This document shows positions 38,451-50,981 of a stretch of 64,000 nucleotides of DNA, piece after piece. The stretch comes from Planctomycetota bacterium (GTDB lineage: Bacteria > Planctomycetota > PLA2 > JAEUHO01): the NCBI GenBank assembly GCA_965223505.1, contig CBDCWP010000021.1, positions 431,237-495,236 on the forward strand, written 5' to 3'. The position numbers and the translations under genes were made by a program. The number at the start of each line of letters is the position of its first letter. Within the stretch, counting starts at the first letter, position 1. Below the pieces are notes generated by a model. It was not told the origin of the DNA. It worked only from the letters and a program-made list of their open reading frames with translations, and searched no databases.

Positions 38451-39815
38451 TCACAGACGGACGCGGCCGAGCACATGCCGCAATGCGCCCTCGAGTGACG
38501 GCTGCTGGTACGCATAGCCGCCGGCCCTGAGTCGGCTCGGTTGAACGCGCGCGCTTGAAAGCAGCAGGTCGTTTGCGGCTTCGCCGAACGCGATCCGCGC
38601 GGCCGTCTTCGGCATGGGCAGCAGTGTCGGTCGACGAAGGACACGGCCGAGGATCTTCGTGAACGTTCGGTTCGTGACGAGCTCGGGGCCGACGGCGTTC
38701 ACGGCGCCTTCGACGTCGTTGACGAGCGCGTGATGAATCGCGCCGACCGCGTCGTCGATGCCGATCCACGGCATGTATTGCGTGCCGCTTGCGAGCCTTC
38801 CCCCCACACCCAGCTTGAACGGGGTCAGCATGCGCTGCAACGCGCCGCCTTTGGGCGTGAGGATGACCCCGAAACGCAGGTTCACGGTGCGCAGGCCGGC
38901 GTCGCGCGCCGGCGCCGCGGCGTCCTCCCACGCGCGGCACACCCCTGCGAGGAAGTTGTCGCCCGGCGCGCTGTCTTCGGTCAGCTCTTCGTCGCCGCGG
39001 TCCCCGTAGAACCCCACGGCCGAAGCGCTCACGAAGACCGCCGGGGGCGATTCGAGCTGTGCCACCGTCTCGGAGAGCAGCCGCGTTCCGTCGACGCGGC
39101 TCTTCAAGATGCGCGCCTTCTTCGCAGCGTTCCAGCGGCCCGCGCCGACGTTCTCGCCCGCCAGGTGGACGACCGCGTCGAAGCCCCGCATCGCGTCACG
39201 ATCGATCGTGCCCGCCGACGGATCCCATCGGATCTCGTCGTCACCGGGTTCGCCGCGCGTCAACGACACGACCTCGTGCCCGCCCGTACGCAGGAACGGG
39301 AGCAACGTCGAACCGAGCAACCCGCGGCCGCCGCTGACGAGAACGCGCATCGGCTTCTCGCATAGCGCGTGTCGCTCGAGGTCCCAGCGCGTGGTCGTGT
39401 GCCGGTAGTGGAAGAGTTGGCGCAGCTGCTTGGTGAGGGCGCCTTTGGCAACGAGGTGGCTGACGAACCCGAGCGGCAATGCGTACTCGATCCGGTCGAT
39501 GAGCTCGCAGCCGCCGTTCGCCGGCTTCATCGCGTGCGTGTGCAACCAGGACTTGAACGGTCCGCTCAGCTGGACGTCCTGGAACTGCTCGCCCTCGACG
39601 TAGCCGCGGTGCTCCGCCACCCACGTCTTCCAGAAGGGACCCATCGGGACCTTGATGATCGCCCGCGCGCCGTCACGGATGTGCGGCGGCTCCTGGACGA
39701 TCTTCATCGGCTGCCACGGCGGACCGAGCCGTTGAAACGCGCCGGGACGTGCGTGCCAGTCGAACACCTCGCGCGGCGTGGCGGGCAGAAGGCACGACGC
39801 GCGGAATTCGGGCAT
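38451..39815 (-). CDS. SRPBCC domain + TIGR01777-family NAD-dependent epimerase-like protein
   Basis: VFDWHARPGAF; VSGGRGLLG, VHLAGE, SASAVGFYG. Confidence 0.9.
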   Translation of the reverse strand: MPEFRASCLLPATPREVFDWHARPGAFQRLGPPWQPMKIVQEPPHIRDGARAIIKVPMGPFWKTWVAEHRGYVEGEQFQDVQLSGPFKSWLHTHAMKPANGGCELIDRIEYALPLGFVSHLVAKGALTKQLRQLFHYRHTTTRWDLERHALCEKPMRVLVSGGRGLLGSTLLPFLRTGGHEVVSLTRGEPGDDEIRWDPSAGTIDRDAMRGFDAVVHLAGENVGAGRWNAAKKARILKSRVDGTRLLSETVAQLESPPAVFVSASAVGFYGDRGDEELTEDSAPGDNFLAGVCRAWEDAAAPARDAGLRTVNLRFGVILTPKGGALQRMLTPFKLGVGGRLASGTQYMPWIGIDDAVGAIHHALVNDVEGAVNAVGPELVTNRTFTKILGRVLRRPTLLPMPKTAARIAFGEAANDLLLSSARVQPSRLRAGGYAYQQPSLEGALRHVLGRVRL

Positions 39816-39817
39816 CG

Positions 39818-40189
39818 CTACATGAGACCGAGTTGCAGCTTGGCGGCGTCGGAGAGCTTGTCCTTGTCCCACGGCGGGTCCCAGACGAGCGCCATGGTCA
39901 CGTTCTCGACGCCGGGCACCTCGCGCACGCGTCGCTCGACGTCGCCGGGCAGCGACTCGGCGACCGGACAGGCGGGCGAGGTCAGCGTCATGTCGATCGA
40001 CACGTCGCCGAGCTCGTCGTCGATCCGCAGCTCGTAGATCAAGCCGAGCTCCCAGATGTTCACCGGGATCTCCGGATCGAAGATCGTGCAGATGGCGTCG
40101 ATGACGCGATCGCGCAGCGGCTTGTCCGCGTTGGCCGGCGGGGCAGGCGTTTCGCTCGGTTGCGGTGTCGGCGTCTCGTCCGTCGTCAT
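39818..40189 (-). CDS. sufT: DUF59 Fe-S cluster assembly factor
   Basis: DPEIPVNIWELGLIY, MTLTSPACP, WDPPW. Confidence 0.9.
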   Translation of the reverse strand: MTTDETPTPQPSETPAPPANADKPLRDRVIDAICTIFDPEIPVNIWELGLIYELRIDDELGDVSIDMTLTSPACPVAESLPGDVERRVREVPGVENVTMALVWDPPWDKDKLSDAAKLQLGLM

Positions 40190-40193
40190 GTCG

Positions 40194-40640
40194 CTACTCC
40201 GTCGTCACGGGTTCGGCGCGGTTCTCCAGCGCGGCCTGCAAGGTGTGCCAGACCAACGTCGCGCACTTGACGCGAATCGGGAACTCCTTCACGCCCTCGA
40301 ACACCGCCAGCTTGCCAAGCTCCGACGCGTCGGCACCCGGCGCGCCGGTCACGAGCGCATGGAAGCGCTCGTACATCGCCTCGGCTTCCGCGCGGGTCTT
40401 GCCCTTGAGCGCCTCCGTCATCACGGACGCCGACGCCTTCGAGATCGCGCAGCCGTTGCCTTCGAACGTGACGTCCATGACGACGTCCTCTTCGAGCTTC
40501 AAGTGCACGACGACGATGTCGCCGCACAGCGGATTGTGTCCGCGGGCGGTGTGGTTCTCGCCCTCGAGCGGCCCGTAGTTCCGCGGGTGGCGGTTGTGGT
40601 CGAGGATGACCTCCTGATACAGCTCGCGTAGATCGCTCAT
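40194..40640 (-). CDS. sufU: SUF system NifU-like protein
   Basis: LYQEVILDH, NPLCGD, GCAISKAS, RVKCA. Confidence 0.93.
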   Translation of the reverse strand: MSDLRELYQEVILDHNRHPRNYGPLEGENHTARGHNPLCGDIVVVHLKLEEDVVMDVTFEGNGCAISKASASVMTEALKGKTRAEAEAMYERFHALVTGAPGADASELGKLAVFEGVKEFPIRVKCATLVWHTLQAALENRAEPVTTE

Positions 40641-41899
40641 CAGGCGAAGACCTCCCGCACACGCTGCAGGCTCTTGACCAGCGCGTCGATCTCCTCCTTC
40701 GTGTTGTAGAGGCCGACCGAGGCACGTGCCGTCGCCGCGATGCCGAAGTGGTCCATGACCGGCTGCGCGCAGTGGTGCCCGGTCCGTATCGCGACGCCTT
40801 CCTGGTCGAGGATCGTCCCGATGTCGTGCGGATGGATGCCGTCCAGCAGGAACGAGATGACGCCGGCCTTCTCGGGCGCCGTTCCGATGAGCCGCACGTC
40901 GTCGACCTGCCCGAGCTGCTCGGTGCCATAGGCCAGCAGCTCCGCTTCGTGAGCGGCAATGCGGTCGAGCCCGACGGTCTCCAGGTAGTCGACGGCTGCC
41001 GCCAGGCCGATGGCGCCGGCGATGTTCGGCGTGCCGGCCTCGAACTTGAACGGAACGACGTTGTACTGCGTCTTCTCGAACGTGACCGAGCGGATCATGT
41101 CGCCGCCGCCCTGGTAGGGCGGCATGCGCTCCAGCAGCTCGGCCTTGCCGTAGAGCGCCCCGATGCCGGTGGGGCCGTACATCTTGTGACCCGAGAACGC
41201 GTAGAAGTCCGCGTCCAGGTCCTGGACGTCGATCTGGGTGTGCGGCGCCGCCTGCGCGCCGTCGACCAGGACCACGGCGCCGTACGCGTGGGCGGCCTCG
41301 ATCATGCGCTTGACGGGGTTGACCGTGCCGAGCGCGTTCGAGATGTGGTTGACGGCGACGATCTTGGTGCGTTCGCCGAGCCGGCTCTCGAACCTCTCGA
41401 ACGGTACGGCGCCGCGCTTGTCGATCGGCGCGACGACCAGCGTGGCGCCCGTCTGCTCGCACACCATCTGCCACGGCACGATGTTCGAGTGATGCTCGAG
41501 CCCCGTGATGAGGACCTCGTCGCCTTCCGACAGGGTGCTGCGGGCGTGGGTCTGGGCAACGAGGTTCACGCCCTCCGTCGTGCCCCGTACGAAGACGAGC
41601 TGCTCCTGGCTCGGCGCGTTGATGAACTGCGCGATGCGCGCCCGCGCGCCCTCGAACGCTTCGGTCGCTTCCTGGCTCAGGTGGTGTACGCCGCGATGGA
41701 CGTTGGAGTTGTACTTGGCGTAGTACTGCTCCATCGCCCGGATGACGTCGTTCGGCTTCTGCGTCGTCGCCGCGTTGTCCAGGTACACGAGCGCATGGCC
41801 GTGGATCTGCGCTTGCAGGATCGGGAAGTCGCGGCGTAGGGCCTCTACGTCGTAGGCGCTCACGTCGGCCTCCGCAGCGGTGGTGTCGGGGGTGTTCAT
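40640..41899 (-). CDS. sufS: Cysteine desulfurase
   Basis: YLDNAATTQKP, SGHKMYGPTG, RTGHHCAQP. Confidence 0.96.
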   Translation of the reverse strand: MNTPDTTAAEADVSAYDVEALRRDFPILQAQIHGHALVYLDNAATTQKPNDVIRAMEQYYAKYNSNVHRGVHHLSQEATEAFEGARARIAQFINAPSQEQLVFVRGTTEGVNLVAQTHARSTLSEGDEVLITGLEHHSNIVPWQMVCEQTGATLVVAPIDKRGAVPFERFESRLGERTKIVAVNHISNALGTVNPVKRMIEAAHAYGAVVLVDGAQAAPHTQIDVQDLDADFYAFSGHKMYGPTGIGALYGKAELLERMPPYQGGGDMIRSVTFEKTQYNVVPFKFEAGTPNIAGAIGLAAAVDYLETVGLDRIAAHEAELLAYGTEQLGQVDDVRLIGTAPEKAGVISFLLDGIHPHDIGTILDQEGVAIRTGHHCAQPVMDHFGIAATARASVGLYNTKEEIDALVKSLQRVREVFA

Positions 41900-43220
41900 G
41901 AGTCGGATGCGTCCACTTGCAGCCGCGAGGCGAGCACCTGCTCGAGCGCTTCGCGAATGTGTTCGTTCGTGACCCGGTCGATGACCTCGCTCGCGAAGCC
42001 GTGGATCAGGAGGTTGCGTGCCGCCATCGGACCGAGCCCGCGCGAGCGCAGATAGAACATCTGGTCGTCGTCGAGCTGCCCGATCGTCGCGCCGTGCGCG
42101 CACTTCACATCGTCGGCGTAGATCTCGAGCTGCGGCCGTGTCTCCGCCAGCGCGTCGTGCGACAGCAGGAGGTTGTGGTTGGCCTGCACCGAGTCGGTCT
42201 TCTGCGCGTCCGGGTGGACGACGATGCGACCGGTGAACGCGCCGCGCGCGTGACCGCCGAGGATGTTCTTGTAGAGCTCGCCGCTCGTGCAGTGCGGGAC
42301 GTGATGGTCGATGACCGTGTGGTTGTCGACGTGCTCCTTGCCGCCGAGGACCGACAGGCCGTTCAAGGTGCACTCAGCGCCGGGTCCGTTGAGGTCGGCG
42401 CGCACCTCCTGGCGGCAGATCGCGCCGCCGAGCGTGACCGACGTCGCTTGGAACGTGCTGTCGGCATCCTGCTTCACGTCCGTGTAGCCGAAGTGGAACG
42501 CCTGCGAGCCCTCGCGCTGCAGCCGGACGAACTGGATTCGGCTGTTCGCGCCGAGCGCGAACTGCTCCACGGTGTTGGTCAGGCGATCGCCGGGGCCCTG
42601 CGCGTCGTAGCGCACGAGAATCGTCGCGTTGCTGCCCGGTTCGGCGACGACGAGCACGCGCGGGTTCTCGACCAGCCCGTCCTGCCACGACGTCATGATG
42701 AAGTCGATCTGAATCGGCTGATCCACCACGACGTTCTTGCCGAGATGGATCAGCGCGCCGTCGGCGAAGAACGCCGTGTTGAGGTCCACGAACGCGTGCG
42801 GCCGGTCACGCTCCATGCGCTCGAGCGCGTCGCGCACACGGTCGCCGTTCTCCTCCATCGCAACCCGCAGGCTGCCGACCGTCACGCCCTCGGGCAGTCC
42901 TTCGATGCTCGAGAGGGTCTTGTCGCGGTGGCCGTTGACGAACACGAGCTTCGGTCCGGGCACGATGTCGATGAGATTGCCCGCGAGCGTCGACGAGTCG
43001 GGCGTGGGCACGGCCCGCGCCGGACGAAACAGGCGTCCTTCGATCGGCTTGACGTTCGAGTACAGCCAGTCCTCGTCGCGCGTCGTCGGGAATCCGGTCT
43101 CGACGAAGCGGCTGATCCCGTGCCGGCGCATCGCGCGCAGCCAGGGCGCCTCGTCGCGCTTCGCTTCGAGCCGCTCGAACGCGTCGAGGTAGGGGTTCTG
43201 CTCGGTGGTGGCGACGTCGG

Positions 43221-43224
<4 letters not shown>
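41896..43224 (-). CDS. sufD: Fe-S cluster assembly protein SufD
   Basis: [26 protein letters not shown]. Confidence 0.95.
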
Positions 43225-43973
<749 letters not shown>

Positions 43974-43984
43974 TTGGGTGGTTC

Positions 43985-45478
<1,494 letters not shown>

Positions 45479-45482
45479 GTCG

Positions 45483-45947
45483 CTACTCCAATCCCTTCAA
45501 GGGGACCAGCGCCGCGCCCATGCGCGCGCTCCATCCGCGTTGCGGAACGGCCATCTCGGAGAGCGGGATCTCTTCGAGCGCCTTGCGAATGGCGATGTTG
45601 ATGCGGTGCCAGTTGCTGCGTGTCGGGCAGACCGACTCGACGTCGCAGTCCGGCGCTTCGTGACTCAGGCACTCGGTGAGCGCGAGCGGTCCCTCGAACG
45701 CCACGATGATGTCCGCGACCGAGATGCTCTCGGGCGCGCGCGTGAGGCTGTAGCCGCCGTTCGCGCCGCGGTGCGACGTCAAGAGGTGCGCCCGGGTCAG
45801 CACGCCGAGGATCTTGCTGACGGTCGGCGCCGGCAGGTGCGTAGCGGCGGCGATCTCACGGGTGCTGCGCGGCTCGCCCTCCGGCTGCGCCGCGAGGGTC
45901 GAGAGCACCGTGATGCCGTAGTCCGTGAGTTTCGTGATTCGGATCAA
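45483..45947 (-). CDS. Rrf2-family SUF system regulator
   Basis: [25 protein letters not shown] start inferred. Confidence 0.9.
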   Translation of the reverse strand: MIRITKLTDYGITVLSTLAAQPEGEPRSTREIAAATHLPAPTVSKILGVLTRAHLLTSHRGANGGYSLTRAPESISVADIIVAFEGPLALTECLSHEAPDCDVESVCPTRSNWHRINIAIRKALEEIPLSEMAVPQRGWSARMGAALVPLKGLE

Positions 45948-45954
45948 GGGAGGG

Positions 45955-46010
45955 AATCCGTACCGATTTGGTCGACATTCGAAGTGTAGGGAGGCGGGCA
46001 GGGGCGTCAA
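45955..46010 (-). promoter_or_regulatory. Sigma70-type promoter and candidate Rrf2 operator of the suf operon
   Basis: TTGACG-N16-TACACT, then AATGTCGACCAAATCGGTACGGATT imperfect palindrome. Confidence 0.6.
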
Positions 46011-46156
46011 CCAATGCCCGAGGCTGCGCTCACCCTGTCCAGGCCCCAGGGAATAGGGCCTGACGGACCGGGTGGGGGGCCTTACGCGGATGCCGGCCGA
46101 CCGTATAGTGTCGGCGGGCCGGCCGAGGGGGTGTCGCGGCCCGGAGTCCGAACGCC

Positions 46157-48007
46157 ATGCGGCACGCCTTCGTTGGATGCCTGCTCCTGGTCGCCGCTGC
46201 GTGCGGTGGCGGGGGCGGCGCCGCCCCCACGCCCCCCGCTCCCGAGGTCGTCGATCTCGGCACTGTTCCCTCGACCGAGGTGACGGCCTTCGTGCAGACG
46301 TTCGTCAACTGGACCGGGCAACCCGCGACGCTGCTCACTGACACCAGCACGGGCGGCTACTCGGTGGCGCCGTTCCAGCTGCCGCTGTTGGTGCAGCCGT
46401 TCGAGGCGGTCGATCTGACGTTACAGCTGATGCCGCCGGGTCCGGGACCGGCGGACGGCATGGTGAAAGTGTTGTTCCAGGCGCCCAACGGCGACCTCGG
46501 CGTCACACAGGAGTTCACGGCGATCGCGGAGCCGCTGAGCCTCGACGTGGACTTGACGCCGCTGGCGTTCGGGGAGGTGCTGCCCGGCACGACGAAGGAC
46601 CTCACCATCAGCGTCGAGAACACGAGCGTCCTGAGTCCGGCGACGCTGAGTCCGATCTTGCTTCCGAGCGCGCTGTTCCAGGTCGTGAACCCGCCGCCGG
46701 TCGTGATCGCGCCCGGTACGACCGGCGATCTGACGATTCGATACGCGCCGACGGGACCCGCGGCGACCGACGGCAACGTCGTGATCAACAGCGTCGGTCT
46801 GCAAGCGCCGATCAACGTTCCGTGTACGGCGACGTCGGGCGGCGAGGAGATCGTCGATCTCGGCACGCAGACGTTCAATGCCAACGGCATGTCGCAGGCG
46901 CACATCGACATCGGCGGCACGGGCATCACCGACCTGCTCTCCGTCGACGTCCCGGACGACGCGATCAGCATGATGATCGAGGGCACCGTGACGGGCACGA
47001 GCATCGTGGGACTCGGTGAGTGGACGGGCCCCGGCGGGCAGGTCTACGAAAACACGCAGCTGACGGGCGAGTTCCTGTGGTTCGACAGCGCCGAGTTCTT
47101 CGTCGCGCGGCTTCCGGCGAGCGACCGAGCGGCGCTCAAGCTGGTGCAGGGCGGCGGCACGTACACGTTCAAGCTGCTGCGCATGGGCGGCAACGACACG
47201 TCGGTGGACGTGCGCGTCATCATCGAGCGGCGGCCCGGGCCGACGGAGAACGTGGCGACGCTCGACCTCAACGTCTGGTTGGCGGACGGGATCGATCCGA
47301 CCGCCGCCAACGCGGCCACGCATCAGGACCTGCAGGACGTGCTCGACAAGATCAAGGAGCTGCTCGGCCAACGCGGCATCACGGTCGGGGACATCGACTA
47401 CTACGACGTCACCAACGCGTCGTACGACCACGTGACGAGCGACGCCGAGTTTCGCGATCTGCTGAAGCTGTCGTCGACGGCGGCGGAGGTGCGGCTGAAC
47501 TTCTTCTTCGTCGAGACGGCGCTGGGCGGTGGCGTGCTCGGCGTGGCCGGCGCGATCGACGGACCGAAGCTCAACGGCACGGCCTCGTCGGGCGTGATGG
47601 GACTGTGGATCGACAACCCGTCGGCGAACGACGTGGACCTCGTCGGCACGGTCGCAGCGCACGAGATGGGGCACCTGCTCGGCTTGTTCCACACGGCGGA
47701 GTCGGACGGGACGCACGATCGGATCGACGACACGAGCGATTGCGGATCGGGCGGGTGCACCGGCGACGGCAATCCCGACAACGACTACTTGATGCACTGG
47801 AGTGCGAGCACCGGGGGCGGGGCGATCTCGCCGGCGCAGGGGACGATCCTGCGCAGTCATCCACTGATGACCGAAGCGCTGCCGACGGCGCCGCTCACGA
47901 GCAAGCCGGCGGCGTCGAGGGTCGGCGGGCCGATCGCGGTGCATCCGAACTGGTGCGGGACCTGTCGTCACTGCGCGAAGAAGAAGGCGGCGGGCGGCGG
48001 CCGCTGA
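46157..48007 (+). CDS. Lipoprotein with Ig-like (ASH-type) domains and zinc metalloprotease domain
   Basis: Lipobox VAAAC; HEMGHLLGLFH; NDYLMHW Met-turn. Confidence 0.82.
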   Translation: MRHAFVGCLLLVAAACGGGGGAAPTPPAPEVVDLGTVPSTEVTAFVQTFVNWTGQPATLLTDTSTGGYSVAPFQLPLLVQPFEAVDLTLQLMPPGPGPADGMVKVLFQAPNGDLGVTQEFTAIAEPLSLDVDLTPLAFGEVLPGTTKDLTISVENTSVLSPATLSPILLPSALFQVVNPPPVVIAPGTTGDLTIRYAPTGPAATDGNVVINSVGLQAPINVPCTATSGGEEIVDLGTQTFNANGMSQAHIDIGGTGITDLLSVDVPDDAISMMIEGTVTGTSIVGLGEWTGPGGQVYENTQLTGEFLWFDSAEFFVARLPASDRAALKLVQGGGTYTFKLLRMGGNDTSVDVRVIIERRPGPTENVATLDLNVWLADGIDPTAANAATHQDLQDVLDKIKELLGQRGITVGDIDYYDVTNASYDHVTSDAEFRDLLKLSSTAAEVRLNFFFVETALGGGVLGVAGAIDGPKLNGTASSGVMGLWIDNPSANDVDLVGTVAAHEMGHLLGLFHTAESDGTHDRIDDTSDCGSGGCTGDGNPDNDYLMHWSASTGGGAISPAQGTILRSHPLMTEALPTAPLTSKPAASRVGGPIAVHPNWCGTCRHCAKKKAAGGGR

Positions 48008-48144
48008 GGGTCTTTCGCGTAACCGCAGGCCGGCCTCGCGCGATGTTCGTTTGGGGGGCCCCGGAAAGCGCCTGGGTCGCGGTGCGTTCGCGGCGCGGCT
48101 TCGCCCCGTCGCTATCCTGATCCGCCCCTTCGGAGCCCTCCCGC

Positions 48145-48870
48145 ATGCCCAAGCCGCGCTACCGCAAGTCCGCCATGGCCGGCCTCCTCGTGGTCGACAA
48201 GCCCGAGGGCTGGAGCTCCATGGACGTCGTACGCCGCGTGCGCAAGGCCGCCGGCTGGGTCAAGACCGGCCACGCCGGCACTCTCGATCCGCTCGCCACG
48301 GGCGTCGTCATCGCCTGCATCGGTCACGCCACCCGCAGCGTCGAGACCCTCATGGGCCTGCCCAAGACCTACGAGACCACCATCGACCTCTCCGCCTTCA
48401 CCAACACCGACGATCGCGAGGGCGAGCGGCAGGAGATCGCCGTCGACACCCCGCCCGACGAGGCTCGCGTGCGCGCAGTGCTCGACACCTTCGTCGGCGC
48501 CATCGAGCAGCGTCCACCCCGGTACAGCGCGATCCGCGTCGACGGCAAGCGTGCCTACAAGCTCGCGCGCTCCGGCGAAGACGTCGAACTGCCCGCCCGC
48601 ACCGTGCATGTCCACGAGATCGAGCCGCTCACGTACGACTTCCCGATGCTCACCGTGCGGATCGTGTGCGGCCGCGGCACCTACGTCCGCAGCCTCGCCC
48701 GCGACATCGGCGTCGCGCTCGGCACCGGCGGCCACCTCGCCCGGCTCTGCCGCACCGCCGTCGGTGAGTACGACCTCTCCAAGGCCGTGTCCCCCGAACG
48801 ACTCGAGCAACGCATCGACCAGTTCGATCTCCTCGACGCGCCGCCGCCGGAGAAGCGCACGGACCCGTGA
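48145..48870 (+). CDS. truB: tRNA pseudouridine(55) synthase
   Basis: GHAGTLDPLATG, PPRYSA, GTYVRSLARD. Confidence 0.96.
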   Translation: MPKPRYRKSAMAGLLVVDKPEGWSSMDVVRRVRKAAGWVKTGHAGTLDPLATGVVIACIGHATRSVETLMGLPKTYETTIDLSAFTNTDDREGERQEIAVDTPPDEARVRAVLDTFVGAIEQRPPRYSAIRVDGKRAYKLARSGEDVELPARTVHVHEIEPLTYDFPMLTVRIVCGRGTYVRSLARDIGVALGTGGHLARLCRTAVGEYDLSKAVSPERLEQRIDQFDLLDAPPPEKRTDP

Positions 48871-48895
48871 GGCGAAGACGCGCTTGCGCGCAGCG

Positions 48896-50908
48896 CTAGC
48901 GGTCCGGCGTCACCAGGTCCTGTTCGATGAGCACCTGGTCGTCGCGAACGCGCACCTTCACGATGCCCCGTCGGTCATCGGCCTTCGTGCCCTGGTCCCA
49001 CGCGCGAAGCTCGTACTCCCCGGGCAGCACGCCGTCGATGACATAGGTCCCGTCCTCGTCGATGTCACTCGACACCCATTGCCCCGGCTCGTCGACCCGT
49101 CTCCAGCCGACCCAGCGTGCCGCGCCCGAAACGGCACCCCGGATGCGCACGCCTTCGATGACGAGCTTGCTCTCCTGGCTCCGTTCCCCCACGACGAACT
49201 CGATCGCCTCGGCCGCATGCGGGTGCCGGTTGCGCCCGCGCAGCCAGACGTGCGCGGCATAGGTGCCCGGCGGAACGCGGTGCGCGAACTTGCCCTCCTC
49301 GTCGTAGCGCGAGTCGATGTACTGCGTCGAGTTCTTGTCGCTCAAGATCAATCGACCCGGACCGCGAATCGGCTCGCCGCACTTCGTGAGGATCGTGCCG
49401 GTAACCATCGGCGTCCCGGTCCGCGTTCCGAAGCTCTCCCGCTTGTGCTCGCCGGCTTTCACCGACACCCGCCGTGAGCGCTTGTTCTTGCGGTCGTCGA
49501 AGTCGTTGCTGTACGAGACGGAGAGCCAGCCGCCGCCGTCAGGCAGCTGCTCGAACGTGTAGAAGCCGTTTGCGTCGGTTCGCGTCTGAAGCAACACCTT
49601 CCACTCGCTTGCGGATCCCGCCTGCTGGAGGGAGATGCGCACCGAGACGTCCGCGACCGCACGGCCCGCGACGTCGTACACGTGCCCGGACACCGACGAC
49701 GTGCCCAGTACGACGATCGCCTTGTCCGTTTCCTCTTCGCCGACGGCCAGCTGCCGATACGCGAGTCGCGCCGGTTGGCCGGGGACGCGCACGCCGAGGA
49801 AGTAGTTGCCGTCCTCGAGATCGTCGAAGCGGAAACGGCCCTCTCCGTCGACCCGCGACATGCGAAGCGGCTCCCTGCCGACCGGGATGCTCTCCGGACC
49901 CCCGCCTCCGCCCGACCGCCAGACCAACGCTTCGCCTCCGGAGAACGGCGTCGCGCCGTCGAACAGCATGCCCTGGAGCACCCCGGGCGGGGACTTCTCG
50001 TGCATGCCGAGCTCCTCGAGCTGTTCGTGGCTCGGCGCGAGCCGCTTCGTGGTCGGCGCGGGTCCCGCGTCTTCCGGCGAAGGGGGCGGCGTCGACGCGC
50101 CTTCGGTCGGCGCGTCCTGCGGTTCATCGTCGTCGTCGATGATGTACGGCCGAAGCGCGGGTCGCTCCTCGTTTGCGACGTCCACGAGACCGGCGACGTC
50201 CCCGCCGTCGCCGCCCTCCGTCGCCGCCGGCTCGACGTTCGTCCACTGCCACACGCCGTACCCCAACAGCAACGCCGCAGCCGCCGCGGAGCCTGCAGTC
50301 ACCTTCGAACCCACTGCGATCGCTCCCACTGTCACCGTCGTCGTCAAGGCAGTGCTTCCCGCAGCAGGCAGCAGGTGGTCCTTCAAGCCCACCAGCCCCA
50401 AGAGCGCCGGTCGCCACTGCGAACCGCTGCGCCCGAGGTCCTTGCGCAAGGCGCCAAGCGCCCGCCGCAACCGGCTCTTGACCGTGTTGACCGGAATGCC
50501 CAGGCGCGCCGCGATCTCCCGCGGGGGCAGATCCTCGTAGAACCGCAGCATCACGACCTCGCGGTGCCGCGCATCCAACGCGAACACCGCCGCGACGACC
50601 TCGCGCAGCACCTCTTCGCGCGCCGCCTGCTCGCTCGTTCCGCGCGTGCGCTCCGGGCGTGCGCAGGCCTCCTCGCGCCGCGCGCGACGCCGGTCGCCGC
50701 GCTTCGACTTGCGTACGGCGTTGCGCAGCACCGTCGCGAGCCAGCCGCGGACCTTGCCCTCGCGCGGCGGCCGGCGCATGGCGGCGACCCACGTGTCTTG
50801 CACGGCGTCGTCGCGCAAGCCGGGATCGACGACCAGACCCCTTGCCAGCGACTGCAGGAATGCTGTGTGTCGCAGGAGAGCTTCGGGCGCGATCACGGCA
50901 TCCGGCAC
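48896..50908 (-). CDS. ECF sigma factor fused to TM and periplasmic carboxypeptidase-regulatory-like domains
   Basis: DAVQDTW, WLATVLRN, EIAARLGIPVNTVKSRLRRA; then a TM and beta-rich repeats. Confidence 0.88.
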   Translation of the reverse strand: MPDAVIAPEALLRHTAFLQSLARGLVVDPGLRDDAVQDTWVAAMRRPPREGKVRGWLATVLRNAVRKSKRGDRRRARREEACARPERTRGTSEQAAREEVLREVVAAVFALDARHREVVMLRFYEDLPPREIAARLGIPVNTVKSRLRRALGALRKDLGRSGSQWRPALLGLVGLKDHLLPAAGSTALTTTVTVGAIAVGSKVTAGSAAAAALLLGYGVWQWTNVEPAATEGGDGGDVAGLVDVANEERPALRPYIIDDDDEPQDAPTEGASTPPPSPEDAGPAPTTKRLAPSHEQLEELGMHEKSPPGVLQGMLFDGATPFSGGEALVWRSGGGGGPESIPVGREPLRMSRVDGEGRFRFDDLEDGNYFLGVRVPGQPARLAYRQLAVGEEETDKAIVVLGTSSVSGHVYDVAGRAVADVSVRISLQQAGSASEWKVLLQTRTDANGFYTFEQLPDGGGWLSVSYSNDFDDRKNKRSRRVSVKAGEHKRESFGTRTGTPMVTGTILTKCGEPIRGPGRLILSDKNSTQYIDSRYDEEGKFAHRVPPGTYAAHVWLRGRNRHPHAAEAIEFVVGERSQESKLVIEGVRIRGAVSGAARWVGWRRVDEPGQWVSSDIDEDGTYVIDGVLPGEYELRAWDQGTKADDRRGIVKVRVRDDQVLIEQDLVTPDR

Positions 50909-50981
50909 GGCGTTCCTCGGGAAAACACTGTAAGTGACATCCCGTGGGACGCGGTTCGGGTCCCGAACATTCCTCTTGCGG

